64,000 nucleotides of DNA from Polyangiales bacterium (GTDB lineage: Bacteria; Myxococcota_A; Polyangia; Polyangiales; Polyangiaceae). A program made the position numbers and the translations under genes. How positions within the stretch are numbered: position 1 is the first letter of the stretch; every line of letters starts with the position of its first letter. The notes below the pieces were generated by a model, which was not told the DNA's origin, made no database searches, and saw only the letters and a program-made list of their open reading frames with translations. The DNA lies in NCBI GenBank assembly GCA_038230375.1, contig JBBRNJ010000007.1, positions 32,001-96,000 on the forward strand, read 5' to 3'. Shown piece by piece: positions 48,448 to 59,049 of this stretch.

Positions 48448-49212
48448 ATGAACACCACCACTCCCGCTTCGTATCCCCACGACGACGTGCTCGGCACGCT
48501 CGAGCTCCCCGCGCAGGTCACCATGCAACAGTCCCCCGCTTCGCAGCCGCAGCATTCGCCGGCGCCCGTTGCTGCACCCGCAGCAGTTCCGGCGGCCACC
48601 GTGAATCCGTTCGCGGACCCGACGGCGCTCGGGCTCTTCGGTCTCGCGATCGGCTGTGCATCGCTGCTGCCGCTGGCGTTCGGTGTGAAGGCGGCGTTCA
48701 CGCCCGACGCGATCCGGATGACGGCGTGGTTCTGCCTGCTGTTCGGCGCGGGCTGTCAGTTCCTGGCGGGCATGATGAGCTTCGCGAACAAGAACGGTCT
48801 GGGCGGCACGCTGCTCACCACGTTCTCGTTCAACTGGGTCATGAACTGGTGGGGGCTGTCGGAGGTGGCGGCGGGTCGTCCCACGAACGAGTCGGTCGTC
48901 CTGGCCGTGGACTGCACGTTCCTGGTGATCTTCCTGGTGATGACCGTCGCGTTCGGCTTCTTCTCGAGGCTGCTCTTCGCGTTCCTGGTGGACATCGTGC
49001 TCCTGTACGGCCTGCGCATCTGCAGGGCGGTCTTCCACATGCCCACGCTGGGCCTCCCGATCGCCCTCGCCACGGTCGCGCTCATGGGCATCTCGCTCTA
49101 CATCGCCTTCTCGCTGGTCCTCGCAAACGCCGCGGGCCGGGTCATCCTCCCCATCGGCGCCCCCCTCTTCAAGCCGACCGTGGCGCCAGGCGCGGTAGCG
49201 CCGTCCCACTAG
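48448..49212 (+). CDS. GPR1/FUN34/YaaH (SatP-like) short-chain carboxylate transporter
   Basis: FADPTALGLFGLA, GAGCQFLAG, FSFNW; six TM segments. Confidence 0.85.
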   Translation: MNTTTPASYPHDDVLGTLELPAQVTMQQSPASQPQHSPAPVAAPAAVPAATVNPFADPTALGLFGLAIGCASLLPLAFGVKAAFTPDAIRMTAWFCLLFGAGCQFLAGMMSFANKNGLGGTLLTTFSFNWVMNWWGLSEVAAGRPTNESVVLAVDCTFLVIFLVMTVAFGFFSRLLFAFLVDIVLLYGLRICRAVFHMPTLGLPIALATVALMGISLYIAFSLVLANAAGRVILPIGAPLFKPTVAPGAVAPSH

Positions 49213-49288
49213 GCAGCGCGGTAGCGCCGTCCCACTAGGCAGCGCGGTAGCGCCGTCCCACTAGGCAGCGCGGTAGCGCCGTCCCACT
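49190..49288 (+). repeat. 26-bp tandem repeat, 3.8 copies
   Basis: Unit GCGCGGTAGCGCCGTCCCACTAGGCA; the first copy contains the transporter stop codon. Confidence 0.95.
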
Positions 49289-49379
49289 TGCGAAAAAAGG
49301 GTGTCTCAGGCCCAGTCCGAGGTGGCACCGATGCCGTTGGCATTGTAAGACGCGGCAGGCTCAAAAAGCCGCACGCTCC

Positions 49380-51146
<1,767 letters not shown>

Positions 51147-51211
51147 GCAGTGGGTGGTGCACCGTAGCAAGGCTGAACCGTCGGTGGTTCGGGACGTTCT
51201 GACGCAGAACG

Positions 51212-51580
51212 CTACGAGTTCTTGGTGATCTCGCGCTCGTGGGCCTCCTGCTCGGCGCGGAGCTTCTGCTCCACGTCGCGCAGGTGATCCTTGAGCGTGC
51301 CTTCGCGGACCATCTTCTCGAGCACCGCCGCGTCCGACATCTCTGCCCGCTTCTGCTTTCGAAAGGAGCCCATCGTCATGTAGATGGACGCGCCGACGAA
51401 CACGAACGCAAGGAAGATGAGCGCGCCGCCGACCGGCCGGTACGCCGAGAACGCGAGGATGACGCCGACGATGCCGCAGACCTTCCCGCCGAGCAGCGCG
51501 AGCAATGCGATGCGGTTGCGGCGCTTCAGCTCGGCGGTCTCTGGATCATCCGGCTTGCCCGCGGCGTCGTTCGTGGCCAC
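51212..51580 (-). CDS. Small two-TM membrane protein
   Basis: Two hydrophobic segments, charged tail; starts 1 nt after the GGDEF stop. Confidence 0.65.
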   Translation of the reverse strand: MATNDAAGKPDDPETAELKRRNRIALLALLGGKVCGIVGVILAFSAYRPVGGALIFLAFVFVGASIYMTMGSFRKQKRAEMSDAAVLEKMVREGTLKDHLRDVEQKLRAEQEAHEREITKNS

Positions 51581-51581
51581 G

Positions 51582-52538
51582 TCAGATCGCCAGGTCTTTG
51601 AGCGTGACGCGGTTCCGGCCGCTCTTCTTCGACTCGTAGAGCGCGGCGTCGGACGCAGCGATGAGCTGCGCGGAGGTCTCGGCGGGGGTCTCGGGCAATG
51701 CGGCGACGCCCACGCTGATGGTGACGGGAAGGCGCTGACCTTCGTACTCGAAGATGGTGGACTCCACCGCCACGCGGATGCGCTCTCCGAGGATGCCCGC
51801 GTTCAGCAGCGGGATGCCACGGCAGATGACGGAGAACTCCTCACCGCCGTAGCGCGCAAACACGTCCTCGGTGCGGATGGTCTGCTGGGCGATCTTGGCG
51901 AGCTTCATGAGCACGGCGTCGCCGGCAAGGTGTCCGTAGTTGTCGTTCACCCGCTTGAAGTGATCGACGTCCATCATCAGGAGCGAGAGCATCATCCGGT
52001 GCCGGCGCGCGTACGCGAACTCGGTCTCGAAGCGCTCGATGAAGAATTTCTTGTTGTACGCCTTGGTGAGGCCGTCACGGAGGGCGGCGTCGTACATTTC
52101 CTGCTGGAAGCGCTCCTCCAGTTTGTCGTGGTACGTGAACTTGAGGATGGTGGTGGAGCCGAGGCGGATCTTGTCGCCATCCTTCAGCACGCGCTGGGTG
52201 ATGATGTCGTTGTTGACGACCGTACCGTTGGCGCTCTGCAGATCCTCGATGATCACCTGCGCGCCGACCGAGATGATGCGGGCGTGGCGACGAGAGATTC
52301 CGTCGTCATTCAGGCGGACGGTGCATGACACCGCGCGGCCGATGACCATCTCGCCGGCCTCGACCTTGTGCATCTCGCCCGTATTGGTGCCGGCCATGAC
52401 GACCACATACGCGGCGCGCTGGTTCGACGACCGCGCGCCCAGTTCCTTTTGGACCTGGGCGAGGTCGACGATGTTGGTCGCCTCTCCATCGTCGTCGATG
52501 AGACGCCCTCCTCTTTTGAAAGGGGGATCACTGGCCAT
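51582..52538 (-). CDS. FHA-GGDEF diguanylate cyclase
   Basis: FHA IGR...ISRRHA...DLQSANGT; DGLT, DVDHFKRVND, GHLAGD, RTED I-site, RYGGEEF. Confidence 0.93.
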   Translation of the reverse strand: MASDPPFKRGGRLIDDDGEATNIVDLAQVQKELGARSSNQRAAYVVVMAGTNTGEMHKVEAGEMVIGRAVSCTVRLNDDGISRRHARIISVGAQVIIEDLQSANGTVVNNDIITQRVLKDGDKIRLGSTTILKFTYHDKLEERFQQEMYDAALRDGLTKAYNKKFFIERFETEFAYARRHRMMLSLLMMDVDHFKRVNDNYGHLAGDAVLMKLAKIAQQTIRTEDVFARYGGEEFSVICRGIPLLNAGILGERIRVAVESTIFEYEGQRLPVTISVGVAALPETPAETSAQLIAASDAALYESKKSGRNRVTLKDLAI

Positions 52539-52624
52539 AGCTACGCCGATGAGAGTCGCAGAGCTTGATGCAATTGGTCAAGACCAGGCGCCATGGGGCG
52601 GCTTTTCGTGGACTACCCCCTTGC

Positions 52625-53518
52625 CTACAGCGGCGCCATCGGCCGCGGATCGGGCGGATCCAGGGGATCCACCTCCGCGTGCTCCGTCAACTCCATGCGA
52701 ATTTCGGCCAATTGATGAGGGTGGACGTCGGTCACGACCTGGCGCCACTCGGTTCCCGAAATCAGCTTGAGCTGGTGGCGTCCCACGGTTGCCGGATGAG
52801 CGAGGATCGGAGAGCGACCCAGGGGCTCCCCATCCAGCAGCACCGTATCGCAGGTGGGCGTGCAAATGACGGCCAGGCTGCCCATGTCCTCGAAGGCTGC
52901 GCCGCTTGCCCCCCGACCGACACGCACGGGTCGAGCGCCCGCCGCCACGCTCGGCCGGAAGTAGAAGGGCACTGTCGCATGCGTTGCGCCATCCGATGCG
53001 GGGAAGGTCCACGTCTTGGCGGTGCGTTCGGTACATCGTGCGAGGACGTCGGGACCGCGGGCGTGGGCGCGCGACACGCTGCCGTCCGCGGCGATGTCGA
53101 GGTCGAGCACGACTGCGACCGTCTCGCTGCCGGCACCGCACGCTGCGTTCAGTGCGGCCGCTTTGCTCGATGCGATATCTCCCACCTGCAGCGCCGAGAC
53201 GCCACGCGGCGACACGGTCACGATCTGGGTGCGCACGCTCGCGATGTCGCCGTGGAGCTCCGCGATGTCGGACGCCATGTCGAAGTTCGCGTCCTCTGCG
53301 TCGTCGTCGAGCCCGGAGACGATCAGGGACGAGAACGCGACACCGCCGAGCAAGCTGCCGACCACCGTCCCCATCATGAGAGGCCCGCGAACCTTCGACC
53401 ACACGAGCGAGCCCACCGAGCCCACCGACATGGGCCGCCGCGAATCCGCGAGCGCAGACTCCAGCTGATCAATGCGTGCGAGCGCCGCCTCGAGGTCGTG
53501 GCGAAAGGGGTGGCTCAT
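52625..53518 (-). CDS. Membrane protein with AgmX/TonB-C-like and PEGA-like domains
   Basis: N-terminal coiled coil, one TM, IAADGSV...C...WTFP, VLLDGEPLGRSP...GRHQLKL. Confidence 0.6.
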   Translation of the reverse strand: MSHPFRHDLEAALARIDQLESALADSRRPMSVGSVGSLVWSKVRGPLMMGTVVGSLLGGVAFSSLIVSGLDDDAEDANFDMASDIAELHGDIASVRTQIVTVSPRGVSALQVGDIASSKAAALNAACGAGSETVAVVLDLDIAADGSVSRAHARGPDVLARCTERTAKTWTFPASDGATHATVPFYFRPSVAAGARPVRVGRGASGAAFEDMGSLAVICTPTCDTVLLDGEPLGRSPILAHPATVGRHQLKLISGTEWRQVVTDVHPHQLAEIRMELTEHAEVDPLDPPDPRPMAPL

Positions 53519-53569
53519 CTACTTAATGAAGCATGCCCCAGGCGCGACGCAAGGTGCTGCGCGTTGCTC

Positions 53570-55831
53570 CTACAGCTCGACCTTGCCGCCGCAGGGAATG
53601 TCGACGGTCTTGGGGACGCCCGCGGAGCCGATCTGAACCTGATGCGAACCACACGGCGCTTGCAGCTCGCCCGGTCCTTCGCCGATCGACTTTCCGTCGA
53701 CGAAGACGCGGCGACCGTGAGATTGCGGCGGAGCCACGACGAGGCCGGAACGGGTGGGGTGGGTGGTGGGGGAGGCCGTGGGGGAGGGGGAGGGCGAGGG
53801 TGAGGGCGAGGGGGCGGTCGAGGGGGAGGGGGAGGTCGAGGGTGAGGTCGAGGGTGAGGTCGAGGGTGAGGGAGCCGTCGAGGTCGGCGTCGTTGTCGAG
53901 GTCGGCGTCGTTGTCGTTGTCGAGGTCGAGGTCGAAGGCGTCGTCGTCGTCGTCGCTCCCGTTGGTGGCGTTGCTGCTGTCCTCGGCGCCGTTGTCATCT
54001 GGGATGGCGTCGTCACCGTCGGCGTCGGAGCCACCGGGTTGTCATCGGTCACTCCGCCCAGCGCGATCAAGCCCGCGACTGCACCGACGACCAGTCCGAG
54101 CACCACTGCTGGGGCCACGATCGAGCGCGGCTTCTTCTTCACGCTGATCGCGCCTTGCGACGACGGCGGTGCTGTGGCGCCTTCGGTCAACCATGTGCCC
54201 GACTCCGGGCGCTTGGGGCCTGGGTGCGACGGGAGGGATGGCTCGGAGGGCTCGGAAGGCGACGACTGCGCGGCGGTCGGCAGCTCTGGCGACGACACAG
54301 GATGCTCCGCTGGAATCGCGCCCTTGGAGTCAGCGTAGATCGGCGGCGAACCTGGCTTCGGTGGCGCTGGCTTCGGCGGCGTCGGCTTCGCGGGTGCGGC
54401 CTTTGCGGCCATCGGCGGCGCGAGCGCGACGGCGCCCGAGGGCGTGCGATCCGGCACCGGCGTGGGCACCCTCGGGGGAAGCGGCGGCGGCGGGCGCGGC
54501 GGCTGTCCCTTCGCGATGCGGAGAGGCTTCTCCTCCTCGATGGAGTCCGGATCGAGCTTGCGCGCTCGGCGCATCATCTCCTCAGCCTGGTCCTTGTTTC
54601 CGTCTCGCGACGCAAGGTGGGAGAGCACGTAGTAAGCGAAGCCGAAGTCGGGGTTCTCCTTCAGCGCGCGCCGCGCGATGGCACGCAGCGCTGTCATGCG
54701 CTCGGCTTGATTCTCGGGAAGCTCGCGGAAGCTTGCCCACGCCGCGTAGAGGCGGTACTCCACGGCGGCGGGCTCGAGATCGACCGAGCGCTTGAACGCA
54801 ATGACCGCGTCGCCGACCCTGTTCTCGCGCAGCAGCTTACGCCCGCGTCGGTAGTGTTGCTCCGCAACGAGCACTGCCGCGTCGGCCGTGGGCAGAGAGA
54901 TCCGCGCGGAGCTCACCGACTGCGGCGCGAGCTCGGTTGCGCCGGTCTGCGTGCGCGTCCGTAGCCGCTGCGCTGCGCGCTTGATGCGCGAGCGTTCCGA
55001 GCTCGAGAGCTTCTGGTACGAAGAGCGCAGCGCGGACCTGCGACGCCCGCGCTTCGTCGATGGTGGTGCGTCATCACGACGGCGCCGCGAGATGGGCGTC
55101 CCTTGTGGGATCCACTCCTTCTCCTCTTGCGTGGGCTCCACGAAGCGGATGTGGCCGGTGAGGCTCAGCACGCAGAGCAGGAGCTCCGGGTCGACGGAGT
55201 CCGGCACCTCGGCCCGCAGCAGCGCGTCCGTCGCGACCGTGCCGTCGATCGAGCGCACGAACCTGGTCTCGGGCGTCTTCAGGCGAAGCAACGCGGTCAG
55301 CTTCGTCGCGTCGGTCAAGAGCTCCACCTTGCTGTGATCATGCTCGCCCAGCAGCGCGAGCTTCTGCTCGTGGTCAATGAGCCGCATCGCCCGCAGCAAC
55401 AGTGGCTCGAGCTGGATCGGGAAGGCGCGTAGCTCGCCGAGCGACTCCTTCGCCGTGAACGTGAACGTCACGTCCTCCCACTTGAGGCAGTTCTGCACCT
55501 TGTGCTGGACCTGCGCGGCGAGCGCGGCGTCGACCTGGGTCGGCTGCAAGATGCCGAGCTCCACGACCACCTCGCCGAACCTCGCCGGCTTGCCATCCTG
55601 TCTGGCTCTTGCCATCGCCTCGAGCACGCGCTCGTACGAGGCCTCGTTGATCACCTTCTCGCGGATCAGGATGCGACCTAGCGTCTCTCCGACTGTGCCC
55701 TGATCTGCCCAGACCACGACGCCATCAATGAGGTAGAGGCGGGTCTTCGAGTCCTCCGTGCGAACCTCCAGGATCCCTGTCCGTTTGCCGACGACCTCGG
55801 CCAGGAGCGCGCGGATGAACCCTAGGTGCAC
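53570..55831 (-). CDS. DUF4388-like + TPR + TM + Thr/Ser linker + PEGA protein
   Basis: RTGILEV...LIDGVVV...ETLGRIL, TPR-like helices, TM VVLGLVVGAVAGLIALGG, VFVDGKSIG...GSHQVQI. Confidence 0.7.
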   Translation of the reverse strand: MHLGFIRALLAEVVGKRTGILEVRTEDSKTRLYLIDGVVVWADQGTVGETLGRILIREKVINEASYERVLEAMARARQDGKPARFGEVVVELGILQPTQVDAALAAQVQHKVQNCLKWEDVTFTFTAKESLGELRAFPIQLEPLLLRAMRLIDHEQKLALLGEHDHSKVELLTDATKLTALLRLKTPETRFVRSIDGTVATDALLRAEVPDSVDPELLLCVLSLTGHIRFVEPTQEEKEWIPQGTPISRRRRDDAPPSTKRGRRRSALRSSYQKLSSSERSRIKRAAQRLRTRTQTGATELAPQSVSSARISLPTADAAVLVAEQHYRRGRKLLRENRVGDAVIAFKRSVDLEPAAVEYRLYAAWASFRELPENQAERMTALRAIARRALKENPDFGFAYYVLSHLASRDGNKDQAEEMMRRARKLDPDSIEEEKPLRIAKGQPPRPPPPLPPRVPTPVPDRTPSGAVALAPPMAAKAAPAKPTPPKPAPPKPGSPPIYADSKGAIPAEHPVSSPELPTAAQSSPSEPSEPSLPSHPGPKRPESGTWLTEGATAPPSSQGAISVKKKPRSIVAPAVVLGLVVGAVAGLIALGGVTDDNPVAPTPTVTTPSQMTTAPRTAATPPTGATTTTTPSTSTSTTTTTPTSTTTPTSTAPSPSTSPSTSPSTSPSPSTAPSPSPSPSPSPTASPTTHPTRSGLVVAPPQSHGRRVFVDGKSIGEGPGELQAPCGSHQVQIGSAGVPKTVDIPCGGKVEL

Positions 55832-55917
55832 AAAACCAAGTCTACGGAAGAACTGTGGCGAACCGGAAGAAAGGAGGTGGGGTCAAAACGTTGACGCACT
55901 TATCGAAGCGCGATCGG

Positions 55918-56400
55918 TCACACCAGATGGATCATCCCGCGGTCGACCAGGTCGCAGAGCGCATACACCGCGTCCTGCGGAGGCATCCCGGATTGTGCGA
56001 TGACCAGCTCGATCGACGAGAACCCGTCGATGAGCGAGAGGATGAAGCGCGAGCGAATGTCCATGTGCCCGCGGCGACCGTCATCTTGCGTGAGCAGGAC
56101 CACGGGGATTTCAGCCGGATCCAGCAGCCCGGCCTCGACCGAGCCCACCGCGCGGCGCTCGTAGCGGGCGACGAACTCGTGAATTCGGACGGCGCGCTCG
56201 GCGTCCATGGGCTGCCCGACGATGACGCGCTCCGGGATCTCGTGACGACCGATCGTGCCGGACGCTCGGTGGAGCGTGGGCGCCCGGTTCGTCGGGAGCT
56301 GGCTCGGCCGCGCGTACGCATCGACGGCGGCGTTTCCGTCGACCATGTGCGCGGTTTCGTTCTGGGCGGGGAGCGTCGGAGTCTCGCGGCGGGTCTGCAT
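55918..56400 (-). CDS. Hypothetical protein with C-terminal winged-helix-like domain
   Basis: FILSLIDGFSSIELVIAQSGM...ALCDLVDRGMI. Confidence 0.65.
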   Translation of the reverse strand: MQTRRETPTLPAQNETAHMVDGNAAVDAYARPSQLPTNRAPTLHRASGTIGRHEIPERVIVGQPMDAERAVRIHEFVARYERRAVGSVEAGLLDPAEIPVVLLTQDDGRRGHMDIRSRFILSLIDGFSSIELVIAQSGMPPQDAVYALCDLVDRGMIHLV

Positions 56401-56524
56401 GGTGACGTGAGGTTTTGCAAAGCCGGTGCCGCGCCGCTTTTCGCAGGAAATCAGCCTGAACTCCGCGTGCCGTCTGCATACGCACTTGTGCACCCGTCAG
56501 GCGGATGGCGTTCGCGCTGATTCA

Positions 56525-56540
56525 TTGACGGAACCGTCAA
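56525..56540. promoter_or_regulatory. Perfect 7-2-7 palindrome; putative operator containing a -35-like hexamer
   Basis: TTGACGG-AA-CCGTCAA, 21 nt upstream of ATG 56562. Confidence 0.6.
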
Positions 56541-56561
56541 GGAGCCCGACTCTCTCAGGCC

Positions 56562-56732
56562 ATGCCCCTCGAAATCCCCGCTCTCGACGCAGCCCTCGAC
56601 GAGTGGCTCCGCGGCCTCTCTCCTGCCGCAAAGAAGGAGCTCGCGGCCCTGGTGCATGCATCCGGTGGTGATGCGAGCGCGCTCGATCACATCGGCGTCA
56701 CGAAACCGACGCCACCTGGACCGCACGGATGA
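56562..56732 (+). CDS. 56-aa protein, possible antitoxin-like partner; below the ORF-track cutoff
   Basis: MPLEIPALDAALDEWLRGLSPAAKKELAALVHASGG...; its TGA overlaps the next ATG (ATGA). Confidence 0.55.
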   Translation: MPLEIPALDAALDEWLRGLSPAAKKELAALVHASGGDASALDHIGVTKPTPPGPHG

Positions 56733-57103
56733 TCCTGGAGGAAGAGACGCTGACGGCCCTCGCGGAGCGGATGAGCGCACGCTTCGGTGTGTCGGGCGTG
56801 GTGCGCCAAGCTGCGCTGCGTGCGAGCGTGCGCGAGGCCGAGCATCTGGCGGAGGACGTGTTCGAGGCGCCGGCTGCGCTCGTCTATGCGCTCGCCCGCA
56901 ATCGGTCCGTGTTCGCAGCGTTCGCACCCATGGTCGTCGCCGCCGCGTTCCTGCAGGCGCGCGCGTCGGGCCTCACGCTGTCTGCGCTACCCAAGGCCAT
57001 CGCGGACATGGCCGACGCCGTCACAGCATCCGACATGAGCTACGAGGACGTGCGCGCATTCTTCGCATCCGAGACCTTCCCGCTCGGCCGCGTCGACAGC
57101 TGA
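56729..57103 (+). CDS. Degenerate Fic/Doc-like protein
   Basis: Size (124 aa) and helix pattern GVVRQAALRAS...PAALVYALARN...AFL...GLTL...YEDVRAFF resemble Doc; the HPFxDGNKR motif is absent. Confidence 0.45.
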   Translation: MILEEETLTALAERMSARFGVSGVVRQAALRASVREAEHLAEDVFEAPAALVYALARNRSVFAAFAPMVVAAAFLQARASGLTLSALPKAIADMADAVTASDMSYEDVRAFFASETFPLGRVDS

Positions 57104-57107
57104 GCGC

Positions 57108-59048
57108 TCACGGGCAGGTCGTGTTGGCCTGTGCGGCGCCCATGGATGGTGCGGCGTCGCGCTGCTTTCCGAAGAGGTCCGTCGTGAACCCAGCGTCGGT
57201 GAGATCGCGTCCGCCAGCGGATACCTCGCAGGGCGCCGTGGGACCAAGAACCCACCCGCCGGCGAGGAGCGTGGCGGTGCCATTGTCGGTGTTGGACCAC
57301 GCACCGAACACACTGTCGACGCAACCAGGGCTGCCGTCGAGGTTCATGCCGCCGTCCGCGACGCCAGTGGTGATGCCGAAGAACGGGCACTCGCTCTGCA
57401 CGACGCAGCGGCCCGCGTCGTCCGTCTTGCCGCATGTGTCCACGGAGCGCAACGTGATGTTGCCGTCGAGCGACCTGGCGCCCATGCGTGAGAGCTGCGA
57501 CATGTCCTGCAGGTTGCGAGGCCCGCCCGCGTCGCAGGTCAGATAAGCAAGGCCCGTCTGCTGCGCGAGGAAGGCGTTGTTCTCGAACGCCTCGATCCCG
57601 TTCGAGCAGTTCTCCAGAAAGACACCGAAGTCATTCACGCCGCTGCCGGCGAAGATGTTGTTCTGGACGACGGCGTCCGTGGTGGGGGTACCATCGAGCG
57701 CCCCCGACACGGCGATGTCGTACGCGCGGCCGCCAGCACCGGGGGAGAAGCCGGAGAAGACGGTGTTGTAGACCACGACGGGGTGATTGGTACCGGCGAG
57801 CACGATGCCGAATGCGTTCAGGTCGGAGCCCGTGGGCAAGGGCTTGTAGTAGCCGCCGTAGACCATGTTGCTGGCGACGACGACATTCTTCCCACCGAGC
57901 ACGGAGATGCCGACCATCGGACCCACGCCGGCATTCGAGCCGCCTGCATAGACGCGGTTGTAGAGCACCTGGACGTTGCTCGAGCTCTCCACGCGAATGC
58001 CATACATCAGGCCGAGCCCTGCGTTCTTCGCGCCCGTGGGAAGTGACTGCGCGCGGTTTCGCCTGATGAGGCCCTTGGTCGCGCCCGAGATCCTGATCGC
58101 CTCGGAAACGAGCCCGTTACCCGCGATCACCGCGTTGTCCTCGATCCTGTTGGAGTCCACGTTCGCGCCGGTGCTGGTCACCTCTATGCCGAACGATCCC
58201 ACGCCCCCGGCGAGCGCGTCCTTGCTCGTGATGGTGTTGCCACGGATCCACGGGGAAGAGTTGCTGGTCTTCACGAAGACGCCGGCGGTCGTTGCCGCGA
58301 CACCGCTCTGGATCACGTTGTTCGAGATCGTGGGCGATGCGTTGACGACGAACACGCCGTACGAGGTGCTCGCAGCTCCGGTCGGGTCCCCGCTGGAGAG
58401 CCGGCAGTTCGATATCGTTCCCGTCGCGTTCTGGTTCACCTGCACGGCGTACGAATCTGACACGTTGCTCGGGCCGATGATCGAGAAGCCATCCACGAGC
58501 AGGCTTGCGGGGCCGCCGTCGGGCACGTCCGCGTCGGCGACGCCAGCATCGATGGTCGCGGGACCGATGGTGAGCGGAACGAAGTGGGTCGAGTCGGGCA
58601 TCGCGACGGTGATGATGGACTCGTTGGCCTGGTCGGTCGCGTACGACCCGGTGCGCGTCCAGAGCTTGCAGTTGTAGCCGCCCATGAGATTGCCGCGCGA
58701 CTGCATCCTGAGGTTCGATTCGGGGTACGCGCCCGCGCACACCTCCACCGTGTAGCCGGTGAGGCCTTCGCTCTCGAACGCGGAGATGGCGGCCTTGATC
58801 GTCTTCAGAGGCGCGTCCTGCGTGCAGCCGGTGTGGCCGTCGTCGCCGCTGGCCGCGGAGACGTAGCGGGTCATGCAGCCGCTCGCGTCGAAGGTGCCGC
58901 CGTCGTCCGCGCCGTTCGGAGGAGGCTCCAGGCCGAGGAGCGCGCTGCACGCAAGCGTGGCACACGAGAGCGCGAGCACGGCGCCGGCGACGAGGAGTGC
59001 GCGCTTGCGGAGGACGCGCGCGTCGCCTGTTCTTCCGGCAGCGCTCAT
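57108..59048 (-). CDS. Lipoprotein with right-handed parallel beta-helix (cassette 3)
   Basis: Lipobox TLAC-SALLG; YVSAASGDDGHTG...PLKTIKAA; Asn-ladder repeats ISNNVI, IRGNTI, IEDNAV, VASNMV, VQNNIF. Confidence 0.8.
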   Translation of the reverse strand: MSAAGRTGDARVLRKRALLVAGAVLALSCATLACSALLGLEPPPNGADDGGTFDASGCMTRYVSAASGDDGHTGCTQDAPLKTIKAAISAFESEGLTGYTVEVCAGAYPESNLRMQSRGNLMGGYNCKLWTRTGSYATDQANESIITVAMPDSTHFVPLTIGPATIDAGVADADVPDGGPASLLVDGFSIIGPSNVSDSYAVQVNQNATGTISNCRLSSGDPTGAASTSYGVFVVNASPTISNNVIQSGVAATTAGVFVKTSNSSPWIRGNTITSKDALAGGVGSFGIEVTSTGANVDSNRIEDNAVIAGNGLVSEAIRISGATKGLIRRNRAQSLPTGAKNAGLGLMYGIRVESSSNVQVLYNRVYAGGSNAGVGPMVGISVLGGKNVVVASNMVYGGYYKPLPTGSDLNAFGIVLAGTNHPVVVYNTVFSGFSPGAGGRAYDIAVSGALDGTPTTDAVVQNNIFAGSGVNDFGVFLENCSNGIEAFENNAFLAQQTGLAYLTCDAGGPRNLQDMSQLSRMGARSLDGNITLRSVDTCGKTDDAGRCVVQSECPFFGITTGVADGGMNLDGSPGCVDSVFGAWSNTDNGTATLLAGGWVLGPTAPCEVSAGGRDLTDAGFTTDLFGKQRDAAPSMGAAQANTTCP

Positions 59049-59049
59049 C

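Noticed and set aside
49190..49288. Possible CRISPR array
   Set aside because: Units are head-to-tail with no unique spacers, and no cas genes are present; simple tandem repeat.
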